Source: a bacterium (GTDB lineage: Bacteria; Patescibacteriota; Minisyncoccia; UBA6257; Colwellbacteraceae). From it: 34,110 nt of DNA. This document shows, piece by piece, positions 1 through 7,712 of the stretch. Each line of letters opens with the position of its first letter. The stretch's first letter is position 1. The notes under the pieces are model-generated. The model saw only the letters and a program-made list of their open reading frames with translations, had not been told where the DNA came from and ran no database searches. The stretch is taken from the NCBI GenBank assembly GCA_043808035.1, contig JAZDFH010000028.1:1-34110 (forward strand). Reading direction: 5' to 3'. The position numbers and the translations under genes are program-made.

Positions 1-79
1 CCTTCCGGTATTTCACCGGTGTAACGAAATGATAATGTATTTGGTATGCATTGTGTTCTGTCTTTCTGACCGATCGCAT
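1..79 (-). CDS. tnpA: IS200/IS605-family Y1 transposase TnpA, N-terminal 26 codons (runs off the left edge of the window)
   Basis: Manual translation from ATG at 79 gives MRSVRKTEHNAYQIHYHFVTPVKYRK, matching the TnpA N-terminal 'H..Y...YH.V...KYR' signature. Not in the ORF track. Confidence 0.85.
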   Translation of the reverse strand, partial: MRSVRKTEHNAYQIHYHFVTPVKYRK

Positions 80-136
80 ACTCTTATTCTAGACTATGGT
101 TACCGCGCAGCAAGCTGTCGCGGTATTCCTCGGTGA
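1..136 (-). mobile_element. Left end of an IS200/IS605-family element, including the subterminal hairpin at 101-125
   Basis: Imperfect hairpin TACCGCG-CAGC-AA-GCTG-T-CGCGGTA lies just upstream of tnpA. The exact end is inferred from a candidate TTAT target (minus strand, 137-140). Confidence 0.7.
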
Positions 137-218
137 ATAAAAATTTTAAATAACACCTTAATGAATATCAACCCTTATTTTTCATAAATCTGATGTACTT
201 ATTAACCAATTACATTCG

Positions 219-354
219 TTAAATACGAAGATTATTTCTAATAATAAAAACTGGAAGATTATTTACGATTGGAACAATAAGAAGGAGCGGAAGTCCTTCA
301 CTCGAATAAATCCGATGATACCCTTTTTGAGCGTACGAAATAATACCCGACTAC
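219..354 (-). pseudogene. hicA: HicA-like toxin remnant (no N-terminus or start codon, frameshifted, premature stop)
   Basis: Reads VVGYYFVR, then after a frameshift QKGYHRIYSSEGLPLLLIVPIVNNLPVFIIRNNLRI*. This resembles the HicA 'F.RQKG.H..y...' core and lies directly after the hicB-like remnant. Confidence 0.6.
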
Positions 355-639
355 TTATACCGCAACCGTTACTGTTTGCATCTCGTTCAAAATGACGATA
401 GGAGGTATCCACTCTTTTTTCGCCTTTTTTCATCAAAGTTCAGTAAAAACAACTTCAGCCCTAGCATTTTTTACAATCTCCTCAAAAAATATATCCGCAA
501 CTCCATTGAATGACTTTTTCGCCTAATGAAGCATTTCTCCAGCCGTTGAGACTCCAAGTGCCGGAGAATACGCAACAAAATTGTCGTTTTCACGTAAAAT
601 AATTACAGGGATATTCATCCTAATAAAATCTTTCTTCGT
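355..639 (-). pseudogene. hicB: HicB-like antitoxin pseudogene
   Basis: 95-codon frame (T)KKDFIRMNIPVIILRENDNFVAYSPALGVSTAGEMLH*AKKSFNGVADIFFEEIVKNARAEVVFTEL**KKAKKEWIPPIVILNEMQTVTVAV*. It carries the HicB-type 'FVAYSPAL..ST.G....A' motif, with in-frame stops at 523-525 (TAG) and 430-435 (TGA TGA). Confidence 0.7.
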
Positions 640-652
640 ATCGTTATTATTT

Positions 653-2101
653 CTATTCTTCCTTCCTCCTCATGAGAGGGAAAAAGACGGTCTCGCGAAT
701 AGGTTTATCCATCAATACGGCAAATAATCGTTCTGATAGCCCAAATCCCGCAGTCGGTGGCATGCCATACTCAAGCGCCTCTATAAAGTCCTCATCAAGT
801 CGTTGCGCTTCAGCATCTCCCTTCTCTCGTAGTTTCATTTGTTCTTCAAACCGTTCTTTTTGATCAATAGGGTCGTTCGCTTCGGAGAAGCCTTTACCAA
901 GTTCGGTACCACCGGCAACGATTTGAAATCGTTGTACTTTATATGACTCGTTGGGTATTCGTTTTGCAAGCGGTTCTATCTCTGCTGGGGTGTTAGTCAA
1001 AAAACAAGGCCGTACAAGCTTCGGCCGGATTTTCTTGAATAGTATGTCAATAATACGTCCCTTCCCCAATTTTTGAGTAACGTCGAGCCCTTCTTTCTTC
1101 CCCCGTTCGTAAAGTTCTTTTTTTGTAACGGTTTCTAAGTCAATGCCATATTCCTTTTTAAAGAGATCGCAATAATCAACTTTCTCCCATTTTTTGCTCC
1201 AATCAATCTTGTGTCCTTTAAATTCAGTCTTAAGTGTCCCACAAGTATTTTTGATAACACGCTTATACATCTTCTGCACAAACTTCATAAGGTCGTTATA
1301 GTCAGCATACGCCAAATAAAATTCAAGTGCAGTGTAGTCCTGTAAATGTTCCGCATCAATCCCTTCGTTTCGGAAAACGCGACCGATTTCAAAGACACGT
1401 TCATATCCCGCCACCATCAATTTTTTGAGCGCGATCTCAAGCGAAATACGTAAATAATAATCTGTATTCAATGCATTATGATGCGTGACAAAAGGCTCTG
1501 CCTCCGCTCCTCCAGGGACTGCTTCCAAAATAGGTGTTTCAACTTCTAAAAATCCACTTTCTTCTAATTCTTTCCTCAAAGTTTTCCAAAAAATATTTTT
1601 CTTGACAAATAAATCCTCAACATCTCGATTCATCAAAATATCAAGATAGCGTTTCCGCAATTTTGTTTCGATATCTTCTATACCATAAAATTCTTTCGGT
1701 AACGGACGTAATACTTTTGTAAGCATTTTTATCGATCGTACATCTATACTCTTTTCTCCTCTCTTCGTTTTAAAAAGCGCCCCCCCTATTTCTACAAAGT
1801 CACCCGCATCAATTTGTTTTTTCCAAAATGAAAAATCCTTAAACGTCGCTTTCTTTAAGACCGCCTGTACTGAACCACTCCTGTCACGCACAATAAAAAA
1901 TACCAGTCCCCCTTGATCGCGAACTACGCGGATCCGCCCTGTAATAAAAATTTTTTTGCCCTCGCGTGCAAATACCGAAAATGAATCAATCACTTCGCTG
2001 ATCAAATGTGTTCGTCTCGCTTTTTCTGGATACGGATCAATTCCACGTTCCCGTAATGCCTCTATTTTTTTGAGCTGCTCAGCCCGTATCGACTCCCTCA
2101 T
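653..2101 (-). CDS. lysS: Lysine--tRNA ligase (class II)
   Basis: OB-fold N-terminus, then FLEVETP, YLRISLE, FRNEGID..H, and YGMPPTAGFGL..RL motifs. Confidence 0.97.
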   Translation of the reverse strand: MRESIRAEQLKKIEALRERGIDPYPEKARRTHLISEVIDSFSVFAREGKKIFITGRIRVVRDQGGLVFFIVRDRSGSVQAVLKKATFKDFSFWKKQIDAGDFVEIGGALFKTKRGEKSIDVRSIKMLTKVLRPLPKEFYGIEDIETKLRKRYLDILMNRDVEDLFVKKNIFWKTLRKELEESGFLEVETPILEAVPGGAEAEPFVTHHNALNTDYYLRISLEIALKKLMVAGYERVFEIGRVFRNEGIDAEHLQDYTALEFYLAYADYNDLMKFVQKMYKRVIKNTCGTLKTEFKGHKIDWSKKWEKVDYCDLFKKEYGIDLETVTKKELYERGKKEGLDVTQKLGKGRIIDILFKKIRPKLVRPCFLTNTPAEIEPLAKRIPNESYKVQRFQIVAGGTELGKGFSEANDPIDQKERFEEQMKLREKGDAEAQRLDEDFIEALEYGMPPTAGFGLSERLFAVLMDKPIRETVFFPLMRRKEE

Positions 2102-2106
2102 TGGGA

Positions 2107-2571
2107 TTAATTTATTTTACAAATTTTGTACTCAACTTTTCCTTTTGGAGTATTGATAGTTATTGTATCCCCTATTTTCTTCTCCAATAATTCCTTTCCA
2201 ATAGGTGATTCGTTCGAAATGCGGCCTTTTTCCGGCTCCGCTTCAGTGCTACCAACAATAAAAAGAACCATCTTTTTACCATCCCGTAAAACTTCAACTT
2301 CCGAACCGACAACAACCTTATCTTGCTGCTTTGATTTCTTAATAATCAAAGAATTTTTAATAATATCTTCCAAGATACTAATCCGATTTTCAATGCGATC
2401 CTTCTCTTCCCGTGCTTCGGTATATTCAGCATTTTCCGACAAATCACCAAGTTCTTTGGCTTTTTTGAGCTGCTGCGCAATTTCTATTCTTTTAACAGTT
2501 TTTAATTCTTGCAATTCTTTCTTTAAATTGTCAAGTCGTTCTTTTGTTACATAGTAGTTGTTTTCAGACAT
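2107..2571 (-). CDS. greA: Transcription elongation factor GreA
   Basis: GDLSENAEY motif and the C-terminal ISNESPIG..L motif. Confidence 0.97.
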   Translation of the reverse strand: MSENNYYVTKERLDNLKKELQELKTVKRIEIAQQLKKAKELGDLSENAEYTEAREEKDRIENRISILEDIIKNSLIIKKSKQQDKVVVGSEVEVLRDGKKMVLFIVGSTEAEPEKGRISNESPIGKELLEKKIGDTITINTPKGKVEYKICKIN

Positions 2572-2684
2572 ATCTATAAAAATGCATTGTTATCTTTATA
2601 CGCCTTCCTTCCACTTCGACGAGCGTCCTGCAAAGCGTAGCTTACATTGTACATGATTTCTCATATTTGAAAATACCTTCCCGT

Positions 2685-3449
2685 TTATAACCGAGTATCC
2701 CACTGTTTATCAAGGTGATACCCATTCTTCTGTAATAAATGCTTCGTCTTTACTGCATCCCACGCAATACTCAATGAATCCCATCTGCCAACATGGGAAA
2801 ACTCGTGATTATTACAAGAAACCGATATTTCTCGCGGTGTATATCCGAACCGCTCCGCTAACAATAAAATTTCCGTATCAAACCCCCATCCTGTTAATTT
2901 CTGTATCGAAAATATTTTATTTGCAGCCCGCTCAGAAAAACATTTAAAACCAGATTGTGAGTTGGTACTGTCAGGTAAAGCAAACAAACGAACACAATGA
3001 TGAGCAATTTTTGAACATTTCGCCGCGCATATATCAAGAAACATCAATTTTTTCTTTTGTACAAAAGGCCATACTCCTACCAAAACATCCTCTTTCTCCT
3101 CCGTCAAGACGGGTAAAAAATCATGAGTAAAATGTTCAATCGGGATTGCATTATCAGCATCTGTAAAAAGACGATAGGCTCCTCGTGCAGCAAGCATCCC
3201 TTTCTTCACCGCAGCACCTTTCCCTTGCCGCTGTATATGCTCGATTATTGCAAGATTGGGAACAAGGTGAGTAAAACTTCTAACAACCGTTCCTGTTTCA
3301 TCTACTGACCCATCATTCACAACAATTAATTCATAAGTATAAGGAACATACGCAAGGTGCATGTCCAGTGCTAATAACGTCCGAGGTAGCCGTTTTGCCT
3401 CATTGTATACCGGAATGATTATGGAGAGATATGGTTTCTTCTTCGGCAT
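2685..3449 (-). CDS. Glycosyltransferase family 2 (dolichyl-phosphate glucosyl/mannosyltransferase-like)
   Basis: SIIIPVYNE, VVNDGS.D.T, GKG.AV..G, FTDAD, GFK and WGFD.EIL motifs, with an AAGGAGG SD upstream. Confidence 0.88.
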   Translation of the reverse strand: MPKKKPYLSIIIPVYNEAKRLPRTLLALDMHLAYVPYTYELIVVNDGSVDETGTVVRSFTHLVPNLAIIEHIQRQGKGAAVKKGMLAARGAYRLFTDADNAIPIEHFTHDFLPVLTEEKEDVLVGVWPFVQKKKLMFLDICAAKCSKIAHHCVRLFALPDSTNSQSGFKCFSERAANKIFSIQKLTGWGFDTEILLLAERFGYTPREISVSCNNHEFSHVGRWDSLSIAWDAVKTKHLLQKNGYHLDKQWDTRL

Positions 3450-3885
3450 AGTGCTTTTCCTCCTTAATTTTACTTTTTTTATTATACCAGATTTTCATAA
3501 AAAAGGCTAAAATCATGCCTCCCAATAAATCCATACATAGATCTCCCATCGTATCCCTCAAACCTTGTTGTTGCATCACACTCAACGATTTATGAATAAA
3601 ACAAACATCAAGTGAAAATTCCATTAACTCTAATAAAACTCCAATAAGAGCGACCCATCCTAATACAAATAAGAGTGTAGTCCAAAAAGAATGATGAATA
3701 TTAAAATGATGCGGAAATATACGTTCAAAAAGCCAATAAAAAACAAGAGTAACAAAAACACCCCCTATAAAATGCATAGGAATATCGAGCCAACGTATTA
3801 ACCAATACCAATGAAATATTGTTGCAATAATATGGAATGCAGCTATAGAAATGAACGAAAGAATAATTGTTTTAAGAGAAACCAT
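3400..3885 (-). CDS. Small polytopic membrane protein (VanZ/DUF2238-like)
   Basis: About four hydrophobic segments with the 'D.PMHF.GG', 'E..EF' and 'DT..DL..D..G' pattern. Overlaps the GT2 gene by 50 nt. Confidence 0.7.
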   Translation of the reverse strand: MVSLKTIILSFISIAAFHIIATIFHWYWLIRWLDIPMHFIGGVFVTLVFYWLFERIFPHHFNIHHSFWTTLLFVLGWVALIGVLLELMEFSLDVCFIHKSLSVMQQQGLRDTMGDLCMDLLGGMILAFFMKIWYNKKSKIKEEKHYAEEETISLHNHSGIQ

Positions 3886-3924
3886 TGCAAACTGAAGCGC
3901 GATAAACGCGCTTCAATGTTTTTA

Positions 3925-4332
3925 TTACCGTTTTTTCCACTGGAACGCTCGGCGAGCTTTCCGTCTTCCATATTTTTTACGTTCAACCATCCGTGAGTCA
4001 CGTGTCAAATATCCGCGTGACTTAAGAGCAGGTTTCGTCTCTTCTTTATACTTCACTAATGCTCGTGAAAGTCCCATACGGACGGCCTCTGCTTGCGCAG
4101 TCATACCACCTCCTTTGACTTTTGTTTCAACACTCATTTTGGTTTTTGTCACCTCGAGAGGATGTTGGGCGGTTTTTAAATATCGCAATGTATCAAAATA
4201 ATCTGTAACTTTCTGTCCATTAATAATAAAGTCAGCCTTATCTGCATCCGGATAAATACGCACTCTGGCAATTGCAGTCTTTCTACGTCCAATCCCTTCA
4301 ATGTATTTTGTTATATCTCCTGTTTTCACCAT
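3925..4332 (-). CDS. rpsI: 30S ribosomal protein S9
   Basis: GRRKTAIARV, GGG..AQAEA, LTRDSRMVERKKYG..KAR motifs. Confidence 0.97.
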   Translation of the reverse strand: MVKTGDITKYIEGIGRRKTAIARVRIYPDADKADFIINGQKVTDYFDTLRYLKTAQHPLEVTKTKMSVETKVKGGGMTAQAEAVRMGLSRALVKYKEETKPALKSRGYLTRDSRMVERKKYGRRKARRAFQWKKR

Positions 4333-4354
4333 GTATAATTACAATTCTTATTTA

Positions 4355-4711
4355 TTATTTATCCTTCTTTGAGACAAAAACCAATTGTTTCATTCTTACA
4401 GAAAGTAACTTATTTTTGGGGAGCATACCCTTCACTGCATTCCGTAAAACCCACTCAGGATTCTTATCAAATGCTTCTTGATATGTCTTTTCTTTCAGAT
4501 GACCGATATAACCAGTATGATGATAGTATACTTTTTGTTTTGCCTTTTTCCCAGTGACCTTAATATTTTCAATATTACTCACAAAAACACGTACATCTCC
4601 ACTGTCTTTCGGATTATACAATGGTGTCGCCTTCCCTTGTAATAATATAGCTATTTCACTCGCTATACGCCCCACTGGCCTATTCTTTGCGTCTACTTTA
4701 TATTCTTGCAT
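4355..4711 (-). CDS. rplM: 50S ribosomal protein L13 (start moved to ATG 4711)
   Basis: DA....GR.AS.IA..LQGK..P.Y.P..D.GD, YYHHTGYIG.LK and AVKGMLPKN motifs. ATG 4711 directly follows the rplQ stop. Confidence 0.95.
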   Translation of the reverse strand: MQEYKVDAKNRPVGRIASEIAILLQGKATPLYNPKDSGDVRVFVSNIENIKVTGKKAKQKVYYHHTGYIGHLKEKTYQEAFDKNPEWVLRNAVKGMLPKNKLLSVRMKQLVFVSKKDK

Positions 4712-4712
4712 G

Positions 4713-5066
4713 TTATTTAACAAACTCAATTATTGTTTTTGGTGCAGAATCACGCTTTCTCACCTCAGCCGTTTTTACAACACGTACATATCCTCCTTCA
4801 CGTTTTGTGTATCGTGGAGCAATATCATAATACAATCTAAAAGCAGCCTTTTCCGGTAATCTACTACAAAGCAATCGTAAAGATGACAAATCATTTTTCT
4901 TCGCAATCGTGATTAATTTTTCAATACGAGGACGAATCTCTTTTGCTCGAGCTTCTGTCGTCATAATCCCTTCTTCCATTATAAGGTTGTTCAAAAGCCC
5001 GGCAATAAAACTTTGCCGCTGTCCTTTTTTTCTCCCAAATTTTCTACCCTTCTTAAGATGCCTCAT
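4713..5066 (-). CDS. rplQ: 50S ribosomal protein L17
   Basis: MRH.K.GRKFGR, TTEARAKE.R...EKLIT, R.GGY.R motifs. Confidence 0.97.
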   Translation of the reverse strand: MRHLKKGRKFGRKKGQRQSFIAGLLNNLIMEEGIMTTEARAKEIRPRIEKLITIAKKNDLSSLRLLCSRLPEKAAFRLYYDIAPRYTKREGGYVRVVKTAEVRKRDSAPKTIIEFVK

Positions 5067-5070
5067 AATA

Positions 5071-5799
5071 CTAATTCGCTACCGTTTCTTCCGTCGAATC
5101 TTTTATCTCAATATCGGAAATACGTTTAAAGTGATCCAATAAAATGTTTCCTGCTTTGTGTAATGCACGCGATGGACTCATTGTACCATCTGTTTCAATC
5201 TCGAGGCGAATTTTATCAAAGTCTGTCCTCTCACCAACGCGCATATTTTCAGTAATATAATTCACTTTCACTACAGGAGAAAATGCTGCATCAAGTGCAA
5301 TAGTGCCAATAGAAAGTTTTTCGTTCTTTTGAATATCCTCTTTCGGCAGATAACCAAGTCCCTTTTCAACTGTAATCTCCATTTCGAGCTCCGCATTTTT
5401 AGATGTTAATGTTGCTATATGCGCATCCAAATTTTGGATTTGCACATCAGCATTACCTTTAATATCTGCTGCCGTAACTTTTTTTTCTCCCTTTACACTC
5501 AATGTCAATACCTGTGCTTCATCGGCATAGAACTTAAATCTGATTTTCTTTAGATTCAGACTAATTTCAACAACATCCTCTAATACATCTTTTATAGTTG
5601 AAAATTCATGACCGACACCTTTTATCTTGAATCGAGTCACTGCCGCTCCGGGAAGAGAAGATAACAAAACTCTTCGCAAAGAATTACCTATCGTTACACC
5701 ATATCCTCGATATAGTCCTTCAATATCGAAATGACCAACTTTACCTTCTTCAGAAACTCTCTTAACTTTTACGCTTTCGCTTAAATATGTAAATTCCAT
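5071..5799 (-). CDS. rpoA: RNA polymerase alpha subunit, N-terminal domain only (242 aa)
   Basis: GYGVTIGNSLRRVLLSSLPG.A, HEFSTI..V.EDV.EI.LNLK, DA.FSPV..V.Y motifs, and its position between rpsD and rplQ. Confidence 0.96.
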   Translation of the reverse strand: MEFTYLSESVKVKRVSEEGKVGHFDIEGLYRGYGVTIGNSLRRVLLSSLPGAAVTRFKIKGVGHEFSTIKDVLEDVVEISLNLKKIRFKFYADEAQVLTLSVKGEKKVTAADIKGNADVQIQNLDAHIATLTSKNAELEMEITVEKGLGYLPKEDIQKNEKLSIGTIALDAAFSPVVKVNYITENMRVGERTDFDKIRLEIETDGTMSPSRALHKAGNILLDHFKRISDIEIKDSTEETVAN

Positions 5800-5810
5800 A
5801 AATTTCGTAA

Positions 5811-6425
5811 TTATCTTGAATAATAATCAATGACCAAGTTTATATCAAATGGATTCTCAATGTCACGAGGTTTTGATTCCATTTTTCCTTCCAACGTTTC
5901 AGAATTCAAAGAAAGCCATATCGGTACCACATAATTTTTTAATCTCTCTTCGGCGCTCTTGAACAACGGAATATCTTTTGATTCCGAACGAATGGTTATG
6001 ATATCTCCTGGTTTGACAGCATATGAACGAATATTCACTCGCCTTTTGTTAACCATAAAATGTCCATGTGAAACTAAATGTCGGGCGATAGAACGGCTTT
6101 CCGCAATCCCCAAATAAAAGACAACACTATCGAGTCGACTTTCAAGAATCTCTGCAACCAATTGATTAACAGCTCCTTCCTGTTTCCTCGCCTTATTAAA
6201 AACCTTTTTGATCTGATCTTCGTTAAGACTGTAAGTAAACTTTAACTTTTGTTTTTCTTGTAATTGCAAACTGAATTCACTCGGCCGACGTTTACCTCGT
6301 TTTCCATGTTGGCCAGGTGGATACGGTCGACGTACCAAAGCCGCTTTTGGTGAAGAACCACGCTCTCCTTTTATGGAAAGCCTCACTCCAAGTTGTCGTT
6401 CTCTTTTTTCTAATATTTTTGGCAT
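5811..6425 (-). CDS. rpsD: 30S ribosomal protein S4 (start moved to ATG 6425)
   Basis: PPGQHG, QLQEKQK.K..Y, LESRLD.VV and ARHLVSHGHF.VN motifs. The longer ORF-track start overlaps rpsK. Confidence 0.95.
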   Translation of the reverse strand: MPKILEKRERQLGVRLSIKGERGSSPKAALVRRPYPPGQHGKRGKRRPSEFSLQLQEKQKLKFTYSLNEDQIKKVFNKARKQEGAVNQLVAEILESRLDSVVFYLGIAESRSIARHLVSHGHFMVNKRRVNIRSYAVKPGDIITIRSESKDIPLFKSAEERLKNYVVPIWLSLNSETLEGKMESKPRDIENPFDINLVIDYYSR

Positions 6426-6447
6426 ATCAGTAGTAAATAGTATTTTA

Positions 6448-6879
6448 TTATACCCTTCGGACTTTCTTTGGTCGTGGACCATTATGTGGAACAGGGGTTA
6501 CGTCTTTAATCCCCGTCAAATTAAACCCATAATTGATCAAAGATCGAATCGCCGAATCTCTTCCACTTCCAACCCCAGACACAATAACTTCAACGTTAGT
6601 AAGACCAATTTTCGAAATTTTTTCAACGACCGCAGCAACAACCTTTGACGCTGCAAACGGTGTTGCCTTTTTGGGTCCAGAGAAGCCCAATGATCCTGCT
6701 GTTGACCATGCAATCACACCACCTTTTTCATCTGTAACAGTTACTCCTGTATTGTTAAAGGAAGCGTTAATATAAATTCTTCCAGATTCAATATGCTTCT
6801 TACCTCTCTTCAAATTTGCAGAAGCTGCCTTTTTATCAACCGTATCTCCACTTTTAGTAACAACTTTCTTCTTTCCCAT
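6448..6879 (-). CDS. rpsK: 30S ribosomal protein S11
   Basis: ASFNNT, KKATPFAA, G.GSGR.SAIR, DVTPVPHNG.RP.K.RRV motifs. Confidence 0.97.
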   Translation of the reverse strand: MGKKKVVTKSGDTVDKKAASANLKRGKKHIESGRIYINASFNNTGVTVTDEKGGVIAWSTAGSLGFSGPKKATPFAASKVVAAVVEKISKIGLTNVEVIVSGVGSGRDSAIRSLINYGFNLTGIKDVTPVPHNGPRPKKVRRV

Positions 6880-6890
6880 AGTTTTATATA

Positions 6891-7274
6891 CTACTTCAAA
6901 TCAAGTTTCCGTCGACCACTTCCCGCTGTATGCCTCACATTACCACGCACTGTTCGTGAATTTGTCTTTGTTCGTTGGCCATGTAATGGCAATCGTCGCA
7001 TATGTCGAATACCTCGATATGATTTAATATCTTTCAATCGATTGATATTCTTCTTAACAAGCTGTCGCAACTCTCCTTCTATCTTATACTTTCTTTCAAG
7101 TTCAACTTTCAACTTCGCCAAATCATCAGGAGTAAGCTCTTTTGCTCGTTTCTCGGGATCAATGTCAATCTCCTTTAAAATAGAGACTGCCGAATAATGA
7201 CCTATACCGTAAATATATGTCAAAGCAATCTTAACTTTCTTTTCATCTGGGATATTAATACCTACAAGTCGCAT
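6891..7274 (-). CDS. rpsM: 30S ribosomal protein S13 (start moved to ATG 7274)
   Basis: MRLVGINIP, ALTYIYGIG, SYRG.RH...LP..GQRTKTN.RT motifs. The ORF-track start lies inside rpmJ. Confidence 0.96.
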   Translation of the reverse strand: MRLVGINIPDEKKVKIALTYIYGIGHYSAVSILKEIDIDPEKRAKELTPDDLAKLKVELERKYKIEGELRQLVKKNINRLKDIKSYRGIRHMRRLPLHGQRTKTNSRTVRGNVRHTAGSGRRKLDLK

Positions 7275-7287
7275 AGTCTTAAAAAAA

Positions 7288-7404
7288 TTAACCTTGTCGC
7301 TGTTTGTGTTTCGGTGTCGCGCTACACAAAACATAGACTCGCCCTTTACGGCGAACTGTTTTACATTTCATACAAATTTTTTTCACGGATGCTCGTACTT
7401 TCAT
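7288..7404 (-). CDS. rpmJ: 50S ribosomal protein L36 (38 aa, zinc-ribbon type)
   Basis: Manual translation gives [38 protein letters not shown]. Below the ORF-track length cutoff. Confidence 0.96.
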   Translation of the reverse strand: MKVRASVKKICMKCKTVRRKGRVYVLCSATPKHKQRQG

Positions 7405-7415
7405 AACCTCAATCT

Positions 7416-7444
7416 ATTAAAAGGAAAAAAAACTTTTATGTCAA
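7416..7444 (-). promoter_or_regulatory. Sigma70-type promoter for the rpmJ-rpsM...rpsI operon
   Basis: TTGACA (7439-7444), 17-nt spacer, TTTAAT (7416-7421), followed by GAGG before the rpmJ ATG. Confidence 0.6.
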
Positions 7445-7497
7445 ATGATAATTGTGTATCTTCATAGGTACACATCTTTTCAGATAAAACCATACCG

Positions 7498-7695
7498 TTA
7501 TAATCTTCTGACTATTCTTCCACGATTATCACTAGCCTGCGCCATTTCAAGTGTAACAGAATCACCAGGAACAATTTTGATCCGGTACATTCGCATTTTC
7601 CCTGAAATATATGCTAGAACTTCTTTGCCGTTTTCCAGTTGCACTCTAAAAGTTGCACTCGGCAATGTTTCTACAATAGTGCCTTGAACAGTCAT
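7498..7695 (-). CDS. infA: Translation initiation factor IF-1
   Basis: [30 protein letters not shown] motif. Confidence 0.95.
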   Translation of the reverse strand: MTVQGTIVETLPSATFRVQLENGKEVLAYISGKMRMYRIKIVPGDSVTLEMAQASDNRGRIVRRL

Positions 7696-7712
7696 ACGGT
7701 ATTTAAATCATA

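Noticed and set aside
430-435. Tandem in-frame TGA codons in hicB as a sign of genetic code 25 or 4
   Set aside because: The same frame also has a TAG. TGA ends intact genes here (tpiA, galT, and mreB with an ATGA overlap into mreC), and no housekeeping gene has an internal TGA.
7453-7474. Hairpin between infA and rpmJ
   Set aside because: It is mismatched on the coding strand and has no U-tract there, so it is too weak to call.
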